A stretch of DNA of 64,000 nt from Polyangia bacterium (GTDB taxonomy: Bacteria; Myxococcota_A; Polyangia; JAAYKL01), in the NCBI GenBank assembly GCA_050287845.1, contig JBNKCR010000045.1, positions 15,233 through 79,232 on the forward strand, given 5' to 3'. The translations under genes were made by a program, and so were the position numbers. Under the pieces are notes generated by a model. The model was not told the DNA's origin. It saw only the letters and a list, made by a program, of their open reading frames with translations, and ran no database searches. Below, piece after piece: positions 20,157 through 30,012 of this stretch. Numbering within the stretch: position 1 is the stretch's first letter; the number at the start of each line of letters is the position of its first letter.

Positions 20157-20789
20157 ATGGCATCTCAAGCAAATAAGCAACAAAAGGGTACAATGAAACC
20201 CGCCATAGATGAAACGTTGATAAAAAAACATATGCCACTGGTTCAGAAACTGGCCAGACGCATGGCATCCAGGGCCCCCGCCAGTATCGCCACCGATGAC
20301 CTGTTCAGCGCAGGTTCACTTGGACTGGTTGATTCTGTATTGCGAAACCGGGGTGGCGATGGCGCATCTTTTGCCTGTTATGTCCGGATGCGAATCCGCG
20401 GCGCCATTTATGATGAACTTCGCGCCAATGACTGGCTCCCCAGACGCAGCCGTTCAAAGGATAAAGAAGAGCAGACGAGTGGCCCGGCCAGACCGGTAGC
20501 CGTCATTCGGTTTGACGATTTGCCCGTTGGCCCGGAAAGTAATCCCGAAAATAAAGAAAAGAGAACCAATCCGTTTGACGCGCTGACCGCCAAACGCACC
20601 TTTGAGAATTTGCAGGAAGCATTGAATGCAATGCCCAAAAGAGATCGTCTGGTATTGCACCTGCATTACTTTAAAGGAATGCAAATTCGCGAAATCGGTC
20701 GGCTTCTTGGCGTTTCAGAAGCCAGAATATCACAAATTCATCACCGGGCCCTCTCCAGAATCCGTCCCCTGGTGAAATCCGCCGCCTGA
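20157..20789 (+). CDS. FliA/WhiG-family sigma factor, short form
   Basis: DDLFSAGSLGL, RIRGAIYDELRANDWLPR (region 2) and EIGRLLGVSEARISQIH (region 4). RBS AAAAGGA before ATG 20157. Confidence 0.85.
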   Translation: MASQANKQQKGTMKPAIDETLIKKHMPLVQKLARRMASRAPASIATDDLFSAGSLGLVDSVLRNRGGDGASFACYVRMRIRGAIYDELRANDWLPRRSRSKDKEEQTSGPARPVAVIRFDDLPVGPESNPENKEKRTNPFDALTAKRTFENLQEALNAMPKRDRLVLHLHYFKGMQIREIGRLLGVSEARISQIHHRALSRIRPLVKSAA

Positions 20790-20870
20790 GTCTACGAAAT
20801 CAATATTTCATATTACGCTGTATTGCCATTGCTACATCGGAATATCTGATCGGATAATTGTTCAGCGAGA

Positions 20871-23249
20871 CTATTTCATATAGCCGAGCTGTCGAAGCTG
20901 CTCTTTCAGCTCCTCCGGAATGTTTTCATTCTTCTCTTCCCGGGCTTCCGGTTTTACCACCACATCCGCCTTGATCTGTCCATCAAACCATCGGAATTTA
21001 TCAGGAGAACCGATAAATTGGCCCAATGCAATCCGCATTGCGCGTCTGGCAAGGGGATATCGTTCGTCCACATCCACTTTTTCTTCCGGGTCGTCCTTCA
21101 GATTGAACAGATAAGTAATCGCCGGGCCCTTCATCTTGAGTTTCCAATCCCCTTTTCGAACGGCCCACTGCAGATTCCGCTCATCCGCCTCTGAATAGAA
21201 GCTTGAAAATGACGCATTAAACGGATGCCCGATGTCCCCATTGGCTTCCTGCAACAGCGACCTTCCCTCCACCGAAGCCCCCTGCTCGTTCCCCGTGGCA
21301 TCAAGTACCGTTGGAACAATGTCGCTCAGAGACGCCTTGGACCGAACGCGGGTATTCTGAGGAACCAACCCCGGGGCACGAATAAGAAGCGGCACGTGAA
21401 GCAATTCCTGATACAGCGTATGCCCGTGTCCAACGGACTCATGCTCAAAAAACTCTTCGCCGTGGTCCGCACAGAGAACAAACACGGTATCATTCAGCAC
21501 CCCCTTCTTTTTCAGCGCGGCGATAAACTGGCCAAACTGCCGATCATGATACGTGACCTCCCCATCGTACAGCGCTTCCAGGCGTCGTTTATCCCGACTG
21601 TTGAGCTCAACCTGCTTTCGTTTGTACTCCTCCAGCAGATTTCCAGTGGACCGGGGACTGACGGGTCCTTCGTAGGATCGTGCATCGTACAGCTTCAAAT
21701 CCTCTTCTGGCGGATCGTAGGGAACATGGGGATCGATGGTTTGAATATACGTAAAAAATGGCTTATCATTTGAATCTGAGATGAACTTTAGCGCATCGCG
21801 AAACACATTTTCCGCATCGCTGTTCTTGTTTTCCCGGATGTAATTCACATATTTATTCCAACCCCGATCAAATCCGAATTCCGATGCGAGATATCCGTTG
21901 GCTACAAACGCAGCGGTCTGAAATCCCTTTTCGCGAAACATTTCCGAAACCATCTTGATGGATTTATTCAACTTCGAAGAATGCCCCCGGGCCTTATGAG
22001 AATCCGGATGCAATCCGGTGAGCACCGAGGCACACGACGGTTTCGTCCAGTTGGAATTGGACTGACACTGTTCAAACAACGTCGATTCTGCCACAAATGC
22101 ATCCACGGCATTGGTTTTCACCCGTTTGTTGCCATAGGATTTCAGCTTGTCCGCCCGCAATGTATCCACCAGAAGAACCACCACATTTTTCTTCCGCTTC
22201 CCTTCGGCCGGAGGCGCGGATTTCACGCGAATGGCAGGAATTCCAGCTGCAAAACGCGCATTTTCGGCCCCCCGGGTCTCGAGGTCGATACGAATCAGCC
22301 TGTCCGCGTAATCTGATAAATCCACCACCACTTCCTGCCATTCATCCTTATCGAACTGTCTGGAAAATACGCTCTTCCGCTCGGTCTGGTCCACCGGCGT
22401 GATGTGGACACTCAGATTTACCGGCAACACTTTTGATTTCGCATCCAGCGTTGGCGTTCCCATAATGCAGAGGGATGCCTTGTCCGGTACCTCCACGTAG
22501 TACGACAGCTGCATCGGACAGGACATCATCAGGGATGTGTATTCCTTTTTCTTGCTGGTGTACTGCTGGACCATCTTGGGCGTATGGGGCGGATTGAACT
22601 GACTGGGAACCGGTGTGCCTTTGGGAATGATTCGGATATAATCCACAGCAAACGAGGACGGCACCCCCGCAATTTCCTTTTCGGAAGTGGAGTATATCAA
22701 CTTGAAATAATTTTCACCTGAAACCGACTGGTCTGCCGTTGCGCTGACCGTATATGTTGCAAATCCATCACCATTCATGGTCACACGACGAAGTGGATTG
22801 TCATTGAGATACACCGAAAACGAATCGGTACCCCCCTTTTGAACCCGAAACTCAAAGTCCACATCCATCTGTTTTTCCAGATTAAAATACAGTCGCGAAG
22901 GGGATTGGGTCGCCCAGGTATAGGCTACCCCGTTCATCGAGCTGTCATTGTCCCAACCGCTCATCCATCCCCCGTTGGAATACTTGAATCTGGATGCACT
23001 GCCAAAATCAATGAACTCGCCAAAATGAGTCACGTCCGCCAGGTGAAGCATCTCCGTTAAATCAAACACACTCCTGGTCCCCGCCCACGATGTCCCCTTT
23101 GCCGCGGCATCCACTCTCGGCGCCGGCTTTTCGCTGGTGGAATCACCACCGCCACATCCCAACGGTAAAGCGGTGCCAAGAGCCACAGCCGAGCCGGCAA
23201 TTAAAAAATCCCGTCGAGTCCATTCTTTTTGCGCCATATCCACTCCCAT
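20871..23249 (-). CDS. Tat-exported sulfatase-like (alkaline phosphatase superfamily) lipoprotein
   Basis: TRRDFL twin-arginine signal plus LGC. NVVVLLVDTLRAD, WTKPSCASVLTG, DPHVPY, ADHGEEF..H..GHG motifs. Confidence 0.85.
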   Translation of the reverse strand: MGVDMAQKEWTRRDFLIAGSAVALGTALPLGCGGGDSTSEKPAPRVDAAAKGTSWAGTRSVFDLTEMLHLADVTHFGEFIDFGSASRFKYSNGGWMSGWDNDSSMNGVAYTWATQSPSRLYFNLEKQMDVDFEFRVQKGGTDSFSVYLNDNPLRRVTMNGDGFATYTVSATADQSVSGENYFKLIYSTSEKEIAGVPSSFAVDYIRIIPKGTPVPSQFNPPHTPKMVQQYTSKKKEYTSLMMSCPMQLSYYVEVPDKASLCIMGTPTLDAKSKVLPVNLSVHITPVDQTERKSVFSRQFDKDEWQEVVVDLSDYADRLIRIDLETRGAENARFAAGIPAIRVKSAPPAEGKRKKNVVVLLVDTLRADKLKSYGNKRVKTNAVDAFVAESTLFEQCQSNSNWTKPSCASVLTGLHPDSHKARGHSSKLNKSIKMVSEMFREKGFQTAAFVANGYLASEFGFDRGWNKYVNYIRENKNSDAENVFRDALKFISDSNDKPFFTYIQTIDPHVPYDPPEEDLKLYDARSYEGPVSPRSTGNLLEEYKRKQVELNSRDKRRLEALYDGEVTYHDRQFGQFIAALKKKGVLNDTVFVLCADHGEEFFEHESVGHGHTLYQELLHVPLLIRAPGLVPQNTRVRSKASLSDIVPTVLDATGNEQGASVEGRSLLQEANGDIGHPFNASFSSFYSEADERNLQWAVRKGDWKLKMKGPAITYLFNLKDDPEEKVDVDERYPLARRAMRIALGQFIGSPDKFRWFDGQIKADVVVKPEAREEKNENIPEELKEQLRQLGYMK

Positions 23250-23648
23250 CGTTTATGAATTCTTCAGACTCATGCAATGCTCACGTATTCTTGCCTGAGC
23301 GCATCATCCCGCCGAATCAAATACCGCCAGCGATCCCGTTGTACCCGGGATTTGCCGCTGACCCGGTCAATTCAAACCACTGGTATCAAAGAAACACATC
23401 TGTCAGAACAGACGTTGAGGTATGCATACCAGATAATCATTTTCATCAAAACAAAACGCGCCAACTTTTTCCCAAATTTCACACGGCCTGAAAACAGACC
23501 ATTTTCACAGGGAACCGTTTTTCATGCAAACTGACGCAACAATCACTCAATGGAGCAACTTTTTTATTGTGAATATCGTGAGGATAAAGAACGGCCTGAA
23601 ACAGCAGAATCCGTAGCGATGAGTACGAATGTGGAACAACAAAAAGGA

Positions 23649-24101
23649 TCAGTTGGTGATCTTGCTCAGAATTTCATCAAGGTTTTTCAGCGATCCAACA
23701 AAGCTTTCCTGCTCGGCTGAACTCAGGCGTCCAAACAGTCCCTGATATCCTTCACGTACCCGTGTACGACGGCGACGCATCAGTTGGCGACCCTGGTCAG
23801 TCAGCTCTACCACAACAACACGGCCGTCGTACGGACCACGAACTTTGGTCACCAGACCTGCTTTGGTCAATCTGGCAATCATTTCTGACGTTGTGCTCTG
23901 TGCGGAACCCACCAGTCGGCCAAGGTTCCCAACAGAAATGGGTCCATGATTGTGGATAACAGAAATGACTTTGTACTGACCGTAAGAAATTTCATCCTGC
24001 ACTTTACTTCCGCTCAGCAAGTCCAGTCTTCTCATCAGTTCCTGCGCCATTTCTTCCACAGTTTCAATGACATTATTGGTGTTGTCGATATTTTCGTTCA
24101 T
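23649..24101 (-). CDS. MarR family transcriptional regulator
   Basis: Winged HTH ending RL.KAGLV.....DGRVVVVELTDQG. Confidence 0.88.
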   Translation of the reverse strand: MNENIDNTNNVIETVEEMAQELMRRLDLLSGSKVQDEISYGQYKVISVIHNHGPISVGNLGRLVGSAQSTTSEMIARLTKAGLVTKVRGPYDGRVVVVELTDQGRQLMRRRRTRVREGYQGLFGRLSSAEQESFVGSLKNLDEILSKITN

Positions 24102-24431
24102 AGTTCATGCCCTCTTCAATTAATTATCATGGAAAAAATTCCATCAGCAATTTCGACCCCATGCCGAAAGACTGCAAATTTGGCCATTAACATAACACGT
24201 ATTTTCCTTTGTTCAAGACCCTATATTATCAAATCCGGTTTTTTTATCAGTTACATAAATACTACAATCATTGTTTCACAAATGAAAAATCGACAGTGTT
24301 TTCCTTTTTATCCATATATTGTAAAGACATAGGCGATCCCGATTCTGAGAAGAAGTATCGGTGAATTCGATTGGCGGAGAAATGAACGAGTCTATTGACC
24401 GGCTGATGAACTCCACGTATCTTTGGCCACC

Positions 24432-25361
24432 ATGGATGTGCTCAACGAATACACTCATCTTCAGAAAACGCAAGTGGCAGCGGGAACAGTGGTGACCATC
24501 GGAAATTTTGACGGCGTCCACCGGGGACATCAGGCCATTCTGCGGAACTCCAGTTCCATCGCTCATGAAAAGCAGCTGCGGTTTGTTGTCTGCACATTTG
24601 AACCGCATCCGGCCGCCCTTTTTGCCAGAGGAAATGTTCCCGCGCGCCTGACATTTCCCGCCCGTAAAGCAGCGCTCCTCGCAGAAGTCTCCCCCGACCT
24701 GCTTCTGATTCAGAACTTCACCAGAGAGTTTGCCGGTATGGATCCCGCTCTCTTTGTTCATTCGGCACTGGTTTCCGCAATGAACGCCAGGGTTGTCGTG
24801 GTGGGAAAAAACTTCCGGTTCGGAAAAGATCGCGCGGGGGATCTCGCCCTTCTTCAGGAAATGGGGCGGGAAAATGGGTTCGATGTCCTTGCGGAAAATC
24901 TATTGAGCACCACCGATGAAGTCATCTCCTCCACTCGAATCCGGGAACTCCTCTTTGCCGGAGACGTTGCCCTGGCGGCGGACCTGCTTGGCCGACATCA
25001 CGAACTTCCGGGCATGGTGGTCCATGGTAAAAAGATGGGGGCTGTACTTGGATTTCCCACGCTCAATATTGCGCCCGAGGATGTCCTTATCCCGGCCGAT
25101 GGCATCTACGCGGCAACGGTTGACGTGGGCGCCGACCGCGATATTCCGGCCGCCGTTTATATTGGAGATCGCCCCACCCTGCACCACGGATATTCCATAG
25201 AGGCGCATCTGCTCGATTTCAATCGCAATGTGTACAACGAACACGCAACCCTTCATTTTGTAAAAAGAATCAGGGAAAACCGGCAATTTGATGATATCAA
25301 AGCGCTGCAATCACAGATCGTTAATGATATAGATATCATAAGAGAAATATTGGAGATATGA
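24432..25361 (+). CDS. ribF: Bifunctional riboflavin kinase/FAD synthetase
   Basis: TIGNFDGVHRGHQ, TFEPHP, ISSTRIR, GFPTLN, EAHLLDF. Confidence 0.95.
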   Translation: MDVLNEYTHLQKTQVAAGTVVTIGNFDGVHRGHQAILRNSSSIAHEKQLRFVVCTFEPHPAALFARGNVPARLTFPARKAALLAEVSPDLLLIQNFTREFAGMDPALFVHSALVSAMNARVVVVGKNFRFGKDRAGDLALLQEMGRENGFDVLAENLLSTTDEVISSTRIRELLFAGDVALAADLLGRHHELPGMVVHGKKMGAVLGFPTLNIAPEDVLIPADGIYAATVDVGADRDIPAAVYIGDRPTLHHGYSIEAHLLDFNRNVYNEHATLHFVKRIRENRQFDDIKALQSQIVNDIDIIREILEI

Positions 25362-25365
25362 ATCC

Positions 25366-25890
25366 ATGAGTGAACACGATTCATCGGATGTTCCCTTTAC
25401 GACAGTCGCCATGGCAGAAATTCTGATGATACAGGATTTGCTGAAAGAGGCAGCTGAAGTGATTGAACGACTGGAATTGCTGCATCCTGACGATGAAAGA
25501 GTCAAAGCACTTCGCCAGCGAATGAGTCAGAAAATGGGGTTGGGACTGAAGTCTCAGACACCTGTTCCCCCGCAGAACAGCGACCGGATAGCACTCCAAT
25601 TCATTGATGATCTGCTGCAGATTGAATGGGAGCTGACACCGGAAGGGTTGGACCTTGCCAAACGAACCGTCCGATATTCCGGCCACAGTATTGTTCGCCT
25701 GTTTTCTGCTGCGCCCGGGCCGCGAGGGGTGCGAACCTCAGTTCGGGATCTCTTTCTGGAGCTGGAGGTGGGCCGACAGGAAGTCTGCGGTACCGTCAGA
25801 GGAGCAGTGCACACGGCAGCAGTGGGATTCCTCGGGCGAAATGGCGCATTCATCCCCATGGCACGGGCACTGCCCATTTCAGGATCCTGA
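25366..25890 (+). CDS. Hypothetical protein
   Basis: 174-aa ORF packed tightly between ribF and trmL, helical N-terminus. Confidence 0.7.
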   Translation: MSEHDSSDVPFTTVAMAEILMIQDLLKEAAEVIERLELLHPDDERVKALRQRMSQKMGLGLKSQTPVPPQNSDRIALQFIDDLLQIEWELTPEGLDLAKRTVRYSGHSIVRLFSAAPGPRGVRTSVRDLFLELEVGRQEVCGTVRGAVHTAAVGFLGRNGAFIPMARALPISGS

Positions 25891-26424
25891 ATGACGAAAC
25901 CTGAGAATACTTCGTGGAAAACCAGACTCCGCATGCCGACTCCGGAGCGCACAAACATTGTCCTGGTCAATCCGGAAATTCCCCAGAACACCGGAAACAT
26001 CGCACGGTTGTGTGCGGCGACCGCATCTGATTTGCATCTGGTAGGAAACATCGGCTTCTCCCTCGACGAAAAAGCGGTACGGCGGGCTGGGCTCGATTAC
26101 TGGCACCTGGTCAATGTCCGGACCCACGCCACTTTTTCGGACTGCCTCGACGCCATTGGCGGGCCGGCACCAGTGCTTTTTTCCTCCCGGGCTACCCGGA
26201 CTTACCTTCAGGCACCGTACGAAAAAGGCAACATTCTCGTTTTTGGCGCTGAAAGTGTCGGACTTCCGGAGGACATCCTCCATTCGTGGCCCGAACACCA
26301 ATATGGGATTCCCACCATTTCACAATCCGTCCGGTCCCTCAATCTTGCCAACAGTGTGGCCATCGCACTTTATAAATCCCTGGAGATGACCGGCGCTCTC
26401 GAACAATATATACTGGCACCATGA
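25891..26424 (+). CDS. trmL: tRNA (cytidine(34)-2'-O)-methyltransferase
   Basis: PEIPQNTGNIARLCA, RRAGLDYW, FGAESVGLP, RSLNLANSV. Confidence 0.94.
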   Translation: MTKPENTSWKTRLRMPTPERTNIVLVNPEIPQNTGNIARLCAATASDLHLVGNIGFSLDEKAVRRAGLDYWHLVNVRTHATFSDCLDAIGGPAPVLFSSRATRTYLQAPYEKGNILVFGAESVGLPEDILHSWPEHQYGIPTISQSVRSLNLANSVAIALYKSLEMTGALEQYILAP

Positions 26425-27473
26425 ACAGAATTGGATTACTGGTGTTCATCACACTTATTTCCGGATACGGCTGTCATCCGTCCGGGTCCCAACCGCCGCG
26501 GACCCTCGTAGAGACGCCGTCGAGCCATTCAGATGCTTCCCCGGTTCGCAGTGGTCCGGTGCAAGGTACAGTGGCGTCGCTGGATACCGACCTTGCGGAT
26601 ACGGCCAACAATCTGGAACTTCTCGTGCAAAAAGATGCGCATACCGCCAGGGATATTCTGATTGCGGCCCTGCATTCCCGGATTCCCTCTGTGGCATCAT
26701 GGGCGGCCGTTTATGTGCGACTGCTCCGCGTAGATGCCCCGGCCCCGGAGATTCGCAACGGTCTTATGACCGGCGCCCGAAGCGACGAATTGCTGCTGCA
26801 GGCGTTGTGCCTCCGATGGCTGGTTCTCGATTCAGAAACGCTGCCCAACATCAAAAACGAACTGACAGACCCGGTGCATCAGCTGTTCTTTGCGCTGGGA
26901 CAGCTGGCACACCACCTGGCCGTGCCGGGAGAGCGCATCACCGAAGCCTTGACGGTTGGCAAAGCGGTGCAGTTTTACGGTGAAAAAGTGCCATTGAACA
27001 CCCTTCTCCTACAGACCGCCCCCTTCGACGATGGTCCCCTGGCCCTGGCGATTGCATTTGTCAATGCGAGACGCATGGAAATTGCCACCAGCGTTGAAGG
27101 CGTTCAGGTACCGCTCAGTGCCCACTACAGACAACTCCTGCTGGAAAAGTATCATCTGAAACTCCAGGAAAATGGTATGACCGGGCCGGACAGTCCACAA
27201 AATGAATTTACCTTTTCGGGCACCCGCCTTCACACTCTCCTCGAGAATCCGCTGTACGGACAACCATTGAATGTGCTGCGCAATGCCATCCTGTCCGGAA
27301 AGCATACTCTGGGCATCGACGCCCTTCGAGGTCTGGCAGCGACGGCGCTGCAGCCTGAAGTTGCTGATTTTGCCGCCACCGCCACTGCACTTCAGAGCGA
27401 TGACGCGCAGACTCGCGTGGAGGCCGCCCGAACCTATCTGCTGCTGGTTGCCAGAGCAACGAGAAAGGATTGA
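26421..27473 (+). CDS. Hypothetical lipoprotein, helical/HEAT-like
   Basis: Lipobox YGC, Leu/Ala-rich helices, overlaps the trmL stop. Confidence 0.7.
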   Translation: MNRIGLLVFITLISGYGCHPSGSQPPRTLVETPSSHSDASPVRSGPVQGTVASLDTDLADTANNLELLVQKDAHTARDILIAALHSRIPSVASWAAVYVRLLRVDAPAPEIRNGLMTGARSDELLLQALCLRWLVLDSETLPNIKNELTDPVHQLFFALGQLAHHLAVPGERITEALTVGKAVQFYGEKVPLNTLLLQTAPFDDGPLALAIAFVNARRMEIATSVEGVQVPLSAHYRQLLLEKYHLKLQENGMTGPDSPQNEFTFSGTRLHTLLENPLYGQPLNVLRNAILSGKHTLGIDALRGLAATALQPEVADFAATATALQSDDAQTRVEAARTYLLLVARATRKD

Positions 27474-27476
27474 AGC

Positions 27477-28622
27477 ATGCCCCGCATAGCACCACAGGTT
27501 CAATTCAAATGGCCCACCTGTCTGCTATTCTTTATCATTGGCGCGGTTCTGTTTTCCGGTTGTCATCGGACCATCCGCGCACTTGATCCGCATTCATTCC
27601 GAAGTGAAATTCACCTGCAACCATTCCGGATGACCGCGGGAAATCCGTACGCCTACGAAAATAAAATCCGCGGAGACATTCTGTTGGCGCGTGGGCAAAC
27701 CCGGGAAGCCGTAGCGGCATTTCAGGCCGCCGCCGCCGCTGATCCATCCGATCCCTGGCTTCAGGTTCAATACGGGGAAGCACTCCTGGCTCAGAATGAT
27801 TTGGAACGGGCCCGCATTCACCTGGCCAAGGCCATCCAGTTCGGGCCCGCCAATGGAAGAGCCTGGACCGCAGTCGCCCGACTGCATCATCGCCTCGGCG
27901 AGAATCAGAGTGCTGTTGCCGCTGCGTCTTTCGGCGCGCAGATTGACCGGCACGATACATCGTCACTCTTTTGGCTGGGCAACTATTTTGCCGCTGAACC
28001 CGGCGAGCCATCGCATAAAAAAGCGCTACTGTACTATCAACGCGCCCTGGTTCGAAATCCAACCGATTCGGAACTGTATCTGGCGGCCGGCAAAATATCT
28101 TTGCGATTGCAACATATCGATCTGGCGGAACGGTACCTTGGCAAGTATCTGGAGCGTAACGGAAAAGAAGTGGACCCCATCTTGAATGCGGCAGAGCAGT
28201 TTGCCCAAAAGGGGTATCCCCGGAAAGCCATTGAAATTCTCCAACAGGTGCAGCGTCGCAATCCGCTTTCGGACGATATTCGCAGACAACTTGTTACACT
28301 TTATCTGCAGACCCATCAGTACCCCGAAGCGGTCGTCACCATTCTGGCCTTTTTCGAGGAACCCGACACGCCGGAGCTGATTGAGGAAAGAATAAATTGG
28401 TTGCTGGAGGCGCTCGCCCCGTGGGAAGCGCGGAACCTTCTGGTGGAACATTTCAGTCCGTTTCCCACCCACCCGTTGATTCGCTACCATCTGGCGCGAA
28501 TCGAAGCTATCCTCCTGCGAAACGAAATCGCGCTGGCATTATTGGACTTTAAAAGCGAGGTTCCCGAGCCGCTGGCCCAAAAAGCAAAAGAGTTGAAGGA
28601 AAAACTGAAGGTGCAAAAATAG
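27477..28622 (+). CDS. TPR-repeat lipoprotein
   Basis: Lipobox SGC and multiple TPR-pattern helices. Confidence 0.8.
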   Translation: MPRIAPQVQFKWPTCLLFFIIGAVLFSGCHRTIRALDPHSFRSEIHLQPFRMTAGNPYAYENKIRGDILLARGQTREAVAAFQAAAAADPSDPWLQVQYGEALLAQNDLERARIHLAKAIQFGPANGRAWTAVARLHHRLGENQSAVAAASFGAQIDRHDTSSLFWLGNYFAAEPGEPSHKKALLYYQRALVRNPTDSELYLAAGKISLRLQHIDLAERYLGKYLERNGKEVDPILNAAEQFAQKGYPRKAIEILQQVQRRNPLSDDIRRQLVTLYLQTHQYPEAVVTILAFFEEPDTPELIEERINWLLEALAPWEARNLLVEHFSPFPTHPLIRYHLARIEAILLRNEIALALLDFKSEVPEPLAQKAKELKEKLKVQK

Positions 28623-28680
28623 ATTGAATCAATGATCAAGTGGCGGAAAGGCGAAACTGTTGCTGTCCCTTCGATGCGGC

Positions 28681-29853
28681 TTACAGGGGAACCGCTGTCC
28701 ACATCATTGTGGTGGACACACATGCGTCAGAACAGAACCCAAGCTGCAACAGCAATAATTGATGGGCTTCATCTGCGTATACCTCCCGAATCATTGGTCT
28801 GGTGATACATGTTTTGTCTCCAGCGGGAAGCCATTTCTGCCCATCCACCACAACCGAGGCCGCTTCTTCAGTGGCGGCAACCGTCAGGCGGGTGCCGGCA
28901 TAGGTAAGCATACGGTCCAGCACTGAGAACTGTTGCGCCTTTTCACAACGGGCCAATTTTTTTTTCGTCTCCACCGCCACCTTCTTCGCCGGTTCCCACT
29001 TACCGACCACCAATGTCTGATGAATATATTTAATGCGTTTATCCAGAAGTCTCGCGGCTTCGCGATAGTTCATTTTTCCCGATATAATCCGTTCGCCCTC
29101 CGGCCGAAACAGAATGCGTTTGGCACTCAGACGCTCCCCCGTGTTCGCATCCAGAGTCTGTAACGTCGCACTGGTAATTCGGCCACCTTTATCTTTTCCC
29201 AGGCTGGCGGCAATCACCCGGGTGCCATCAGCGGATACTGCCGGCAACCCCTGAAAGGTGAGTTCTACCCGTTGCTTTTTCAGCGCATCTTTGTCGTACC
29301 CGACCCAGTTTGCTGCAGCCATCGCCTTTTCCATTCGCGCTGCCGGGCCATCCACCAAATCGGCGAATGCGGGGTTGGAACCGAATATGCGGAAGGCTTC
29401 ATTCCGGCTGGCCCTTGCCAGAAAAGAAAAACAGCCCGGACAATTCCCGGCATCTCCAAATTGCTTTAAAATGGCAAGCGCCTCGCCCCCTCGCTTTCTC
29501 TGAGCCAATGTGACTGCCAATTGATACCTTGATTCCAAATTTCCTGCATCGTCCACCACTGCGGCAATCAGCTCGGCAAGGGCCTCGTCGGGTTTGCCAT
29601 CACTGCGCAGCTCGATTCCTTTATAATAGTGCTTGAGTGCACTCAACCGCTTCTTTTCTGTTACGTCCAACGTCGTCGTCAGCTTTGGAATTCTCTCAGG
29701 AACTTTTTTGGTTTTTTTTTCAACCGCGGCCTTCGGGGATTCTTTCGCAATCGCATCCGATGGTGTACTGCCCTGATTTTCCTTCCGAGATTTACAGCAA
29801 ACCATTGAAACTGCCAGGATGACAGGCAGAAGCAGAATCACTGATTTTTTCAT
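28681..29853 (-). CDS. Hypothetical lipoprotein with TPR-like segment
   Basis: Signal peptide ending MVCC, basic composition, ARASRNEAF..FADLV TPR-end pattern. Confidence 0.7.
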   Translation of the reverse strand: MKKSVILLLPVILAVSMVCCKSRKENQGSTPSDAIAKESPKAAVEKKTKKVPERIPKLTTTLDVTEKKRLSALKHYYKGIELRSDGKPDEALAELIAAVVDDAGNLESRYQLAVTLAQRKRGGEALAILKQFGDAGNCPGCFSFLARASRNEAFRIFGSNPAFADLVDGPAARMEKAMAAANWVGYDKDALKKQRVELTFQGLPAVSADGTRVIAASLGKDKGGRITSATLQTLDANTGERLSAKRILFRPEGERIISGKMNYREAARLLDKRIKYIHQTLVVGKWEPAKKVAVETKKKLARCEKAQQFSVLDRMLTYAGTRLTVAATEEAASVVVDGQKWLPAGDKTCITRPMIREVYADEAHQLLLLQLGFCSDACVSTTMMWTAVPL

Positions 29854-30012
29854 TTCCAGTACCTCTTATTCCTTTCCAGTCTCACTGCCCGGTCTATCCT
29901 GGATGCATGTTTTCTTCCAGATGAACCCGCTGCATCAATGCGCCACGGGGTGCAACCGGAAGACCAACAGATGTCAGGAGTATACAAAAGAAAAGCAGCG
30001 ATGACTACAGGA

